Below are positions 23,335-33,809 of a DNA stretch of 64,000 nucleotides, piece by piece. The position numbers were made by a program, and so were the translations under genes. The first letter of the stretch is position 1, and each line of letters begins with the position of its first letter. Origin of the DNA: Eledone cirrhosa (taxonomy: Eukaryota); contig OZ024740.1 of NCBI GenBank assembly GCA_964016885.1, positions 298,840,001 through 298,904,000 of the forward strand, written 5' to 3'. Below the pieces are notes generated by a model. The model saw nothing but the letters and a program-made list of their open reading frames with translations. It was not told the DNA's origin and did no database searches.

Positions 23335-23995
23335 CATGAAGGATCCATTGAAGTAGGTGATAGCTTCTGCTATCTAGGTTCTTAATTAGCAGCGGAGGAG
23401 GGTCTTCTGCATAATAGCTAGAAAAAAGATAGAATGGAAGTAGTTTATTGAGCTACTCTCACTGTTGACAACAAAAGGTTTCTCTGTATGCACAAAAGGA
23501 CAACTATATGACACTTGTGTGTGAATGTGTGAAGCATGATGAAGCATGATGCTGCATGTAAGTGAAACTTGGGCAGTGACTTCAGAGAACATGTGTAGGC
23601 TGGAGAGAAATGAAGCAGCCATGTTTCGTTGGATGTGCAATGTAAATATGAGTGAAAGGCAGAGCTTGGCTAAACTGAGGGAGAAACTGGGTTTAAGAGG
23701 AATCTAAAGTGGTGTGCAAGAGAGAAGACTGTGTTGGTACTGACATGAGATGTGCATGGCTGATGATCACTAGTTGAAGAAGTGCCAGGAAATCTCAGTG
23801 GAAGGAAACCATGGTAGAAGTAGACAGAGAAAGACCTGGGCAAAAGTGGTGAGAGCTGATCTCATGTCGCTGAGACTCACAGAGGAGATGATGAAAGAAC
23901 ATGCTGTGTGGATAGATGCTGAAAAAGACCCATCCAACCCATGCAAACATCGAAAAGCAGACATAAAAACGACGGCAATGATGATGCTGATGAAC
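23335..23995 (+). mobile_element. Decayed RTE LINE 3' fragment
   Basis: GSIEVGDSFCYLG, SETWAV, RLERNEAAMFRWMC, then ccatccaacccatgcaaacat and a gat-rich tail. Confidence 0.85.
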
Positions 23996-24550
23996 ATAAA
24001 TTGAAACCATGTTGTATGCTTGTCAGCAACTATGTTGCTGAGTGTTTCTGTATTTGTGTTTCCCTCCGTATATGTGTAAATTATTTATAAGTGTATATTT
24101 CTCTATGTCTGTCTGTATGTATGTATCAGTAGATTCCTATGGCTATAATGCTCCACATGTGAGTGTGTATGTCCATGTCACGTGTGTCTGTGTGTGTGTG
24201 TTTGTGTAGCCATTCCTGTTAGTGAATATAGGTGTTTCTGTATAGGTGTTGCTGTATATGTATTCACATAGGTGTTTCTCTATATGTACTCACATAGGGG
24301 TTTCTGTATAAGTACTCACATAGGAGTGTACACATATGTTGCTCTGTATGGTTTCTACTGACTCAACTGACCAATACATGAAAGAAACCCTCTAAATTAA
24401 ACACACCAAAGTTAACAGACAATTCAATGAAATTGGCTTCAGTTTAACATTTTCTATAATTGTCTTTTCTTCCTGTTTTATTTCTCACCTGTGTCTGCCA
24501 GCTTCATATGTTACATCATAACATTCCTCTCTCTCTCCCACACACAAACA

Positions 24551-24586
<36 letters not shown>

Positions 24587-24853
24587 TTCATTTTCCTTCT
24601 TCCTACCACTCCTCTTTCTTTCTCCCTAAAGGCCAACCTGCCCCTCTGTTTTTCTATTGATCTGTATCTGTTGCATCCTACCCTAGAGTTTGGCATTTTT
24701 CCTCTTTCCCCTCCTATTTACATTCTCTACTATACTCCCTTCATTCACACTTTCTAATTCTATTATTACTGACCCCCCTCAATTCCCTCTCTCTTTATAT
24801 ATATATGTGTGTATGTGCATGCATATATATATATATATATACATGTATATATA

Positions 24854-24887
<34 letters not shown>

Positions 24888-25094
24888 AATGCATGCACAG
24901 ACACACATACACATATGTATTTGCACACATACACACATATTTTAAAGAATGATCTGCACAGCTAAGATCTTATAATATGTGTGAGTGTGTGTGTGCGTGC
25001 ACGTCCGTGAATTGATTAATGCATATGAGTACATATACTCACATAAATGTAAGGTTATGTGCATTTAAGTAGACTTTTACTTTAGGTGTGTGTT

Positions 25095-25132
<38 letters not shown>

Positions 25133-25135
<3 letters not shown>

Positions 25136-26427
25136 GGTGTGGACGATATTTGTTCGCAATTTTCAACTGCTAATTTTAGCAAATTTTTTTTACTTCCATT
25201 GTCACTCTTGTCTTCATAAAAACAGTGACTATATTTCCATTATTTATTTTCAGAATAATTGATTATGAATGATTTTGAACCTCCAAATTTGTGGAATTCT
25301 TGGAATCCGCGCCGGGGGGACAAATAAGGAAATTTCAGACTTTCTCAGCGTCAGCAGGGGAATGGTGGAAAAGGTCAGAAAGGAATTGGAAGATTCAGGA
25401 TTCGACTACGAAGCAACATCAGAGAGGAAAACACATGATCGACGATCTGACGCCTTCAGAACGCCCGAGTTCGTCGCTGAAGTTCAGGATATCATCAACA
25501 ATGAACCTAGCAAGCCGATGCGTGCCATTGGAAGGGAGAAAGGCGTGGATGAAAAGCTCATTAGGTTGGTGGTACATGAAGACATTCGCTACGTTTCATA
25601 CAAGATGAGGAAAAGACAATTTCTGTCAAAGGTGATGCAAGAAAAGCGACTGAAGCATGCAAAGAAGCTGATCAACAAGTTGAAACACCCACTGGAGCCA
25701 GACATGCTGTGGTTTTTCTCCGACGAGAAAAACTTCTGCCAAGACCAGAAGATCAACTCCCAGAACAACAGGTGGCTCGCTGTCTCATCCAAAGATGTGC
25801 CCAGAGTCATGCAGACAAAGTTTCCAGCGACAACATTGGTCTTAGGTGTCGTCAGCAGTCAAGGTGATGTCATGCCACTTCACTTCTTCCCTGAGGGCCT
25901 CAAGCTGAACACGGATGGCTACATCCGCGTTCTGAGCGAGGTAGTAAAGCTCTGGATCGACCAGGTAGCTGCAGGTAGGCCGTATGTGTGGCAGCAAGAC
26001 TCAGAGCCCTGCCATACCAGCCGAAAGACCCATGCCTGGCTGTCAGAGAACTTTGTCGACCACACTTCACTTGACATCTGGCCTCCCAGCTCACCTGACT
26101 GCAACCCCCTCGACTTCTTTGTGTGGGGCACAGTGGAACGAGACACCAACAGATCTAGCTGCAATACGAAAGACGATCTGAAGGCCAGGATCACAAGTGC
26201 CTTTAGGGGCCTAAGTCGGGGGACAGTGACGAAGGCCTGTAGCCGGTTCCGAGGCCGCCTTGAGGCTGTCATCAAAGCCAATGGCGGGTTTATCGATTGA
26301 GATCGAAAGAACAAGTCATGAAGACAAACTGACCCAAGTTTGATAAATATATCTTAAAAAATAAAACTACTGTGTTATTTTTTCCTAGACAGTAATCTTG
26401 CGAACAAATATCGTCCGCCGCACCCTA
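25133..26427 (+). mobile_element. Tc1/mariner-superfamily DNA transposon, maT (DD37D) family, full length
   Basis: TIRs cagggtgtggacgatatttgttcgcaa and ttgcgaacaaatatcgtccgccgcacccta, flanked by TA, enclose the transposase ORF. Confidence 0.93.
25269..26300 (+). CDS. DD37D transposase, N-terminus probably frameshifted
   Basis: Catalytic motifs FFSDEK, WQQDS and SPDCNPLDF with 37 residues between the second and third Asp; N-terminal HTH-like region. Confidence 0.9.
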   Translation: MILNLQICGILGIRAGGTNKEISDFLSVSRGMVEKVRKELEDSGFDYEATSERKTHDRRSDAFRTPEFVAEVQDIINNEPSKPMRAIGREKGVDEKLIRLVVHEDIRYVSYKMRKRQFLSKVMQEKRLKHAKKLINKLKHPLEPDMLWFFSDEKNFCQDQKINSQNNRWLAVSSKDVPRVMQTKFPATTLVLGVVSSQGDVMPLHFFPEGLKLNTDGYIRVLSEVVKLWIDQVAAGRPYVWQQDSEPCHTSRKTHAWLSENFVDHTSLDIWPPSSPDCNPLDFFVWGTVERDTNRSSCNTKDDLKARITSAFRGLSRGTVTKACSRFRGRLEAVIKANGGFID

Positions 26428-27268
26428 TATAAAACCAGGGAGTGTAAACACAGAAAATATCCTAAAAAATATATAAAAAATATAGATTCCAAAAAATTCA
26501 CTGTACTTACTAAATGTGCCCTTACTGCGGTTTCAGATCCCAAACTAATAGATACTCCAAGCGGATTTCCATTGAGAAAGAGATCATCGTCAGAAGGCTT
26601 TTCTCTCTCAGAGAATATAAAATTCCCGAGTTCAAATTACAAACTGGTGCCATACAAAACTGGTGCCATACAAAACTGCCTCAGAATGAGAGTAAATGAA
26701 TGATGAAACAATTTTGTCTAGTACCATGTGCAAAGACAGAAAGCAAGGTGCCTATGTGTATTAATTACATGTAGGAACATATACCTTTAATATTATTCTC
26801 CCCAACGGTAGAGAAACCTTTGGTCATTTGAACGGCTGCTATTTTTAGCAGCACGGGGATTCACCTGTCCACCTTGCTTTCTGTCTTTGCACATGGTACT
26901 AGACAAAATTGTTTCATCATTCATTTACTCTCGTTCTGAGGCAGTTTTGTATGGCGCCAGTTTGTAATTTGAACTCGGGAATTTTATAATCTCTGAGAGA
27001 GAAAAGCCTTCTGACAATGATCTCTTTCTCAATGGAAATCCGCTTGGATTATCTATTTGTTTGGGATCTGAAACCGCGGTAAGGGCACATTTAGTAAGTA
27101 CAGTGAATTTTTTGGAATCTATATTTTTTAGGATATTTTCTGTGTTTACACTCCCTGATTTTATATGTTAATTTATTAACTTGCCATTGAACAACACTAG
27201 CATACTGTCGGACTATATTTATGTCCCTATATGTATTAATTACATGTAGGAACATATACCTTTAATAT
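26428..27268. repeat. ~300-bp inverted repeat plus 42-bp direct repeat (Penelope-style rearranged insertion)
   Basis: 26428-26750 is the reverse complement of 26870-27166. cctat(g/a)tgtattaattacatgtaggaacatatacctttaata occurs at 26751 and 27227. Confidence 0.9.
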
Positions 27269-27280
27269 ATATATATATAT

Positions 27281-27625
27281 CATCATCATCATCATCATCA
27301 TTTTACGTCCGTTTTTCCCTGCTTGCAAGGGTGGGACGGGAACTGATTCTGGCTTGATTTCTACAGCTGGATGCCCTTCCTAACACCAACTTCATTTACA
27401 GTGAGTGTTGGGTGCTTTTTTGCCATGGCACCTCCACGACCACTTTGCAGTGGAATGATATGGACCCCAGTTTCTATCATCTCATTTCTACAGCTGAGTA
27501 AACTGGAGCAATGTGAAATAAAGTGTCTTGCTCAAGGAAACAACACATCACCCGGTCTGAGAATTGAACTCACAACCTTTCGATTGCAAGGCCAATGCTC
27601 TAACCACTAAGCCATGTGCCTCCAC
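27281..27625 (-). mobile_element. Full-length tRNA-derived SINE with an RTE-derived 3' half
   Basis: Minus strand has A box tggcttagtgg, B box gagttcaattc, tccttgagcaagacactt, then gtggtcgtggaggtgcca...ggtgttaggaagggcatccagctgtagaaatcaagcca and a (GAT)n tail. Confidence 0.88.
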
Positions 27626-27857
27626 TATATATATAGTGAAATAAGATAACTAGCCACTAATATATATGAAATAAGATAACTAACCACTAATATATATATA
27701 TATGTAGAAATCAAGCCAGAATCAGTTCCCGTCCCACCCTTGCAAGCAGGGAAAAAGCGGACGTAAAATGAAATGATGATGATGAATGATGATATATAGT
27801 GAAATAAGATAACTAACCACTAAGCCATGTGCCTCCACTATATATATATATATATAT

Positions 27858-28207
27858 ATAGTGAAATAAGATAACTAGAACGATTGGTTACTCCTTCATT
27901 ATGTTTATTGGTTGGTGACGCGAATATACATATACATGTATATTCATTTTCCCATTAACATTACAAGGGGTCTGATGAGCCGCGGATTATAGAGTTGGGT
28001 CAGATCGATACAGATCGAACCTTGAGCTGATCAGTGGCGAAACGCACGTCACCAACCAATAAACGTAATGGAGGAGTAACCAATCATCCTTGTTATCTTC
28101 TTTCGCTATAATACACTCTGTCTAGCTCTACATCTTGACACCGAAGTGAACCTAAACATCGAGTGCTCACCCGGGTAAATCTACAGTAACTTCAAGTTAC
28201 ACTCCCT

Positions 28208-28210
<3 letters not shown>
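27858..28210 (+). mobile_element. Penelope-like pseudo-LTR with an inverted 5' segment
   Basis: 27858-27922 is an imperfect reverse complement of about 28045-28110. It surrounds the hammerhead and sits between (TA)n tracts. Confidence 0.7.
27969..28053 (+). ncRNA. Type I hammerhead ribozyme motif (Penelope pLTR type)
   Basis: ggt-CTGATGA-gccgc...gtggc-GAAAC-gcac-GTC-acc. All core nucleotides are present, with stem I ggt/acc, stem II gccgc/gtggc (extendable) and a minimal stem III. Confidence 0.8.
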
Positions 28211-28248
<38 letters not shown>

Positions 28249-28340
28249 TATATATATTATTTATATATATATATATACCTGGAACAAAAGCACTATGCAG
28301 GATATTTCTACATACACATATACACACATATGTGCACATG

Positions 28341-28374
<34 letters not shown>

Positions 28375-29001
28375 AGAAACCCTGTTTAGTCAGCATTTTT
28401 ACCATAAGTATATATGTATGTATAGTATGTGCATGGTGTATGTTTACACACATGCTTGTGGCAATAGTTCAGTATATTTTGTTTATGTATGTGTAGTCAT
28501 CTATATAATTAAATGGGGGGATTTTTCCGTAGCCCTTATATAACTAAATTGATACTATGGTTTTATAGAGATAGCAATTGCTTCACAACTACCAAGTTTC
28601 CACTCAATTCCCAGAATTGAGCAGCAGTTATTCACCTAAACATGGATTTTGTAAACCCTCCCACTTGCTACCACCACCACCACCATCACCATCATATCAA
28701 GTTAGTTTTACTCTGTCTTTCTTTTGACATAAATCAGTCTTTCAGTTTTATATTTTTAATATCAGCGTTTCAGAATCTGCCAAAATCATTTTTCTTTTCA
28801 ATATTCTTTTGAGGAATTCTCTTGTTATTAATATTACTGTGTTACCTGTTTTTTTTCTATTAACTTATTTCATGTAGATCCTCACTGTGCTAGCTCATTT
28901 GTATTGTCTTCAACATTTTTGGCCTCAGTGGTCAAGAAAAAAAATCATAATTATTATTATTAATATTAATATTAGTCTTATTTTTATTGCCTGTTACTAT
29001 A

Positions 29002-29181
29002 ATAATTGTTTCTACGTTTGGCACAAGGCCAGCAATTACCCAGTGCATTACTGGTACTTTATTTTATCGACCCCGTAAGGATGAAAGGCAAAGTTAACCT
29101 CGGCGGGATTTGAACTCAGAATGGAAAGGGCTGTAACTCTTTGCGTCAAAGCATGGCGTCCGACCCTCTACCGATACTGCC
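29002..29181 (-). mobile_element. Nin/Deu-like SINE, short (internally deleted) subfamily
   Basis: Matches the consensus; ctgggtaattgctggcc junction lacks about 40 nt. Confidence 0.85.
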
Positions 29182-29639
29182 TTTGTTATATGTATGCAGT
29201 GCCTAGTAATGCTACTATTTTATCTATTCTGTATATATATGTAAGTCCTAATGTTTTGGTTATATATATATATATGTGTATGTGTGTTTTATCAGTCTTC
29301 GAGCACCTTTTATTACAAGGAATTGTTTCTGTTTTCATCATCCACATTAAGGTTATTTCTATCTCTAGAGCTTTATATTTGGATAATTTTTCTATTTCCT
29401 TAATGGATATACTGTCATATATGGGAATTGATATATCAATTAGAAGGTCAGCTTCACTTTATTATTATCACTAGCAGAAAAAACCACCCGCGGGCAGTTT
29501 TCTGCTAGCATATGTGTGCATACTGGTATTATATGCAAATATATATATGTAAATTGAAAAGTAAATTGACAATATCTTCTTCTTCGCCCACTTATTTCTG
29601 AGAGGGTCATGGGGGCAGAGTCTTTCTCAAGAAGCAAAC

Positions 29640-30190
29640 ATCTCTAACTGATCCAGCTGGATCTCAAAGAGTGACTAGCCAAGCTCATGAATGTTATCCA
29701 ATTATCTTGCTCTGGGTCTCTTGCCGGTTGGTTTTGCCTGTAAAATGTGTCCAGCGATTCTTTACTGAGACATTCTAACCACATGCTCATAATATCAGAG
29801 TTGTGATCTCTCAATTCGGAGAAGTAGCAGCTCTACCAGGAGTGACTCTCTGATCTCTGAACTACACACTTTATCAAGTAACGTTACTCCAAAGACCCTT
29901 CGGCGGAATTCCATTTCTGCCACTTTTATTTGCAATTGTATTCTTTTGGTCGTTACTCAAGATTCATGATCCTCGGTAAGAGTTGGCAGGAATACCAGGA
30001 AGACAGCGAGTTTGGCTTTTACACCTACTCCCTTTCTTCTGATTGCTGAATGCTGAGGCTGGAGCATTACTGCATCAGCTTTTGCAATTCTTGCACTTAA
30101 TTCAACTTCTTGCATTCCATCACTCATAAACACGGCTCCAAGATACTTGAACTTCTCTAACTGCTTCAGTAGAACTCCATTCACATGCAT
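29640..30190 (-). mobile_element. Decayed 3' fragment of a different RTE-type LINE without PHD
   Basis: LKQLEKFKYLGAVFMSDG...ARIAKA...AKLAVF...PTLT. The related 3' end recurs at 61460-61695. Confidence 0.75.
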
Positions 30191-30382
30191 ATAAATTTGA
30201 GGGACTTCTGTTCACCCATCCATCACACAATATGTATGTGTGTTTGTGTGAATGTATGTGTATGTAAAAGGAAGGAAAGGGATACACACATATATGTCTC
30301 TAACTTTAAAACAGTCATCTCTAATTTAAGAATGCCGACAAAATCACGCGCACGCACATACACACACTGTCCTATTACCACT

Positions 30383-30800
30383 TAAGAGCTTTGGCCCAGA
30401 CAAACGTCCCTTCAATTTTGGAACCATCTGGGTTGATGGGAAAAGACTTAATGGTCTTACTCTGTGCTCCTGGTCAAGAGGCAGGTGCCTTACCTGGGAC
30501 GCCACAGTTAGTGACTCTTTTGCTTCTTCCCACATCTTGAATGCAGCAGTAAGAGTGAGAGATACAGCATTCACAGCTGAATGGAACAAAAATCCTAAAA
30601 TACCTTGTTCTGTCAGCTAACTAATTGTCCAGCCTGTGGCGTTTGGGACATTTGGAGGAGTTGGGCTACTGACAGTGAGGTCCTTATTTTCACTGGTGGC
30701 TCACCAAACAGAGGTAACTGGTGATGCTCGTGAGGACACTTGGTTGTTCCAGCACCTTAGCCTTGCCAACACCCCAGGTAACGCTGTAAGCCTCAAAACC
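30383..30800 (+). mobile_element. CRE-clade non-LTR retrotransposon 3' relic (REL endonuclease)
   Basis: Frameshifted translation RALAQTNVPSILEP / DGKRLNGLTLCSWSRGRCLTWDATVSDSFASSH / QPVAFGTFGGVG / TGDAREDTWLFQHLSLA..GNA matches the CRE pattern DGKRPDG..PW..G..L.WD.T. AATAAA cluster at about 31041. Confidence 0.75.
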
Positions 30801-31415
30801 TATTAGAGAGGTTTCCAAGTGCTCCTCGCTATATTGCTATCTTTTGCTCTGGTAGTGTCTTGTTATACCACTCTTTCGCCTGCATTTTGTTCTGGTCTAA
30901 GATGTGTATTACATGCTTATGTATTTTTCTCTTTCTTTTTTTCCTTCCCTTTCCTTTGTATATATTATATTTGTCAGTGTTTTCGTTATTAAATTTTTAT
31001 ACAAATGAGTTTTAAAAAAAAAGAGTTAATCTGTGTTGTTAATAAATAAATAAAACGTTATACTTGTTTTACCCTCCCATTTCCAATTCATCGAATGCTG
31101 CTATCATGATTGTATGTGTGTGTTTGTGTAAATGTATATCTGCGAAAGCATGTGTATTTGTGTGAATGTATGTCCGTGAGCGTGTATTTTTATAAGTTTG
31201 TGTTTGCGCAATTATAATTATATACTCATATTAGTTATATACTCATACATATCATCATCATCATCATCTTCGTTTAACGTCCATTTTCCACGCTAGCATG
31301 GGTTAGACAGTAATATAGATGTATAAAGTACCAGGGGTCAATTTCATTGACATTCTCCTCCTTCCAAAGTTTTTTGACATGTGCCTAAATTTATTATTAT
31401 TATGTAAGAAACGAA

Positions 31416-31816
31416 GGTGGTGGATTGGCAGTATCGGTAGGTGCTGGACAACATGCTGTGTAGTATAGTGTTACGGCCCTTTATGCTCTGAGTTCAAATC
31501 CTGCCGAAGTTAGCTTTGCTTTTCATTCTTATGGGGCTGATATTAACAGTAATGCACTTGGGTAAATTTAATTGACTTACCCTTTCTCCAAAATTGTTGG
31601 CCTTGTGCCTAAATCAGAAAGCATTATTATGATCACAGCGGTGAATTGGCAGTATCGGTAGAGGGTCGGACGCCATGCTTTCCAGCATAGTTACATCCCT
31701 TTACGATCTGAGTTCAAATCCTGCCGAGGTTGACTTTGCCTTTCATCCTCAAATAAAGTACCAGTAATGCACTGGGTAATTGCTGGCCTTGTGCCTAAAG
31801 TAGAAACAATTATTAT
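31416..31816 (+). mobile_element. Two tandem Nin/Deu-like SINE copies (long, then short subfamily)
   Basis: Consensus matches at 31416-31630 and 31638-31816. Confidence 0.85.
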
Positions 31817-32847
31817 GATCACAGATGTTCTATACATTTATAGAAAGTGGAGAGAATATGATAGGAATATTATAATGTTATTAATTCAATGCTTGATTGT
31901 ATTTAGGTACATTACTTTACATTTCACTTCAAATCCCAGCAGTTTTGATGTTGCCAGTGTCAGTAAAAGTAATATATATAAGCTGAGGTCAGTTCAAGTC
32001 AGTTAACTCCAACCCTCCCATACTAATTTCTGGCCTTTTTCCTAATGGGAGCAATCAATATTATTATTATTACATGCAATTGTTAGTTTATCTGTTCAGT
32101 ATGTGCACCAGGATCAGCTATAGCTGTCATCTCTCTCAGGGATCGATGAGATAACTGCCAATAACTTAGTGTGTTCCATGAAATTTAATTTAACCACACT
32201 CATTATCTTTACAAATATGACCTTATGTCTCTAATGAAAAGTAATTGTTGTTCAGGTGTGACAAATTTACTGGAGGAAGATGATAATATTCTTGACTAAT
32301 AACCCCATCTTTAGTGTGTCTATTTACAATAATTATATATCGAAACTATATTTCAATTGGTTTGATCTCTGATTGTTATCAGATGTCTTATTCTAAGAAA
32401 CATAATGTAGATATAAATATGTAACTATGTAACTATACACTCTAAAGATAGAGTTAATAGTCTGGAATAATATCATAATCTAATCAACAACTTCCTTATG
32501 ATATTTAGATAGTTAATAATGCACTGGAGTATTTAATAGTTGGGACACCCTTGAAATGAAGTCCTTGGTCTTCTCAGATAACTGACTAGATGTAGTTAAT
32601 ATTGTATGTTACCTAAGTTATTTAATAAATGTTGAGAGTGGAAGTAGAAATGGTATGTTAACTAGAGAAAGGAAAAGATAGAATATTAATGAATTGTTGT
32701 TGCCTCTGCTGGCTAGAAATAGTTACTCACTCTGTATTACTTCATATATGAGACACACTATATAATATATATAAAAGGTATGATGCTGCATGTTACTACA
32801 GAGCCATCTAACCTAAGCTAAAATGGAGAGGTGAATGTAAATCAATT

Positions 32848-32990
32848 GACTCTGTGAGTCTCAGCAACTTGAGATCAGTTTTCATCACTTCTGACCAGGT
32901 CTTCCTTGGTCTACCCCTGCTGTGGCTTCCTTCCACTGAGATTTCCTGGCACTTTTTTACCCAGTAATCATCGCCCATGTGCATCACGTC
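32848..32990 (-). mobile_element. RTE LINE 3' fragment
   Basis: VMHMGDDYWVKKCQEISVEGSHSRGRPRKTWSEV. Confidence 0.8.
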
Positions 32991-33809
32991 AGTATAATTG
33001 ATGTTGCTGCTGGTGTTGCTGCTGGTGATGATGATTCTTGTCATTATGTTCATTTATCTATTGATATATTTTCTTTAAAAACAACAGAACAAATAAATTA
33101 AGTTTCAAGAATTTAAAATTATCCAGAAAGTAAAATAAGATAAATTAAACAAAAATGAAAATACAAAAGTCATGTGATGTAGTTCTCCTTATTAAGAAAC
33201 AAGGCAATTTACTATTCTCAGCTTGAGTCATATAGAAATATGCAGTATGCTAGTTTGCACTGGTATTAAATGGCTTGTTTCATTTTGTATGTATACAGTA
33301 ACTTGTGGTGGCAGCGGTAATGGTGATATTGTTGGCAGTGGTTATTAATTTAGTTAAGTGCTTCATTCTCTTGATATTCATCTGTTATTTTCATTCAATA
33401 AGAATCCATCATGTGTTCATATATATATACACATCATTCAGATTGCTGGCTTGCTTTGAAATACCATCAAACCTTGTTATTCTACTGAAAATGTTGTTGT
33501 TGCTATTGCTGCTACTGTTGCTATTGTTGTTTAACCTACTTATGATCACGGATGCTCCAGTCATGACCATCCTATAGTTTTCTTAGATTTAGTGTATATA
33601 GGACTATATTAGTCAATATAACCTTCCTCTTTTTCTTTTTTTAAAGCTAGTAACGTGTGATATGCAGTCAATTTGGTTGTTATTTCTAGCAGGTTGATTG
33701 AATGCCTAGATGTTTGCTCCTGTTGTTATTTTTATGGTGGTTGTTGTTATAACAAGATATGTTGTTGTTTTTTTATTCTTTTGTTGTTAGGCAGTTCAGA
33801 TCAGTTTTC

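Noticed and set aside
26398-26703. 101-aa and 61-aa ORFs in the inverted-repeat arm
   Set aside because: The frames are not preserved in the opposite arm (indels and a stop), and no domain is recognised.
27550-27625. tRNA gene
   Set aside because: A and B boxes are present, but the sequence continues into a SINE body and LINE tail; related heads occur at 54.1 and 60.3 kb.
32256-32299. ttcag/GT GTG ACA as the PNPT1 GVTISQ exon
   Set aside because: The frame hits a stop after 14 codons and similarity ends after GVT.
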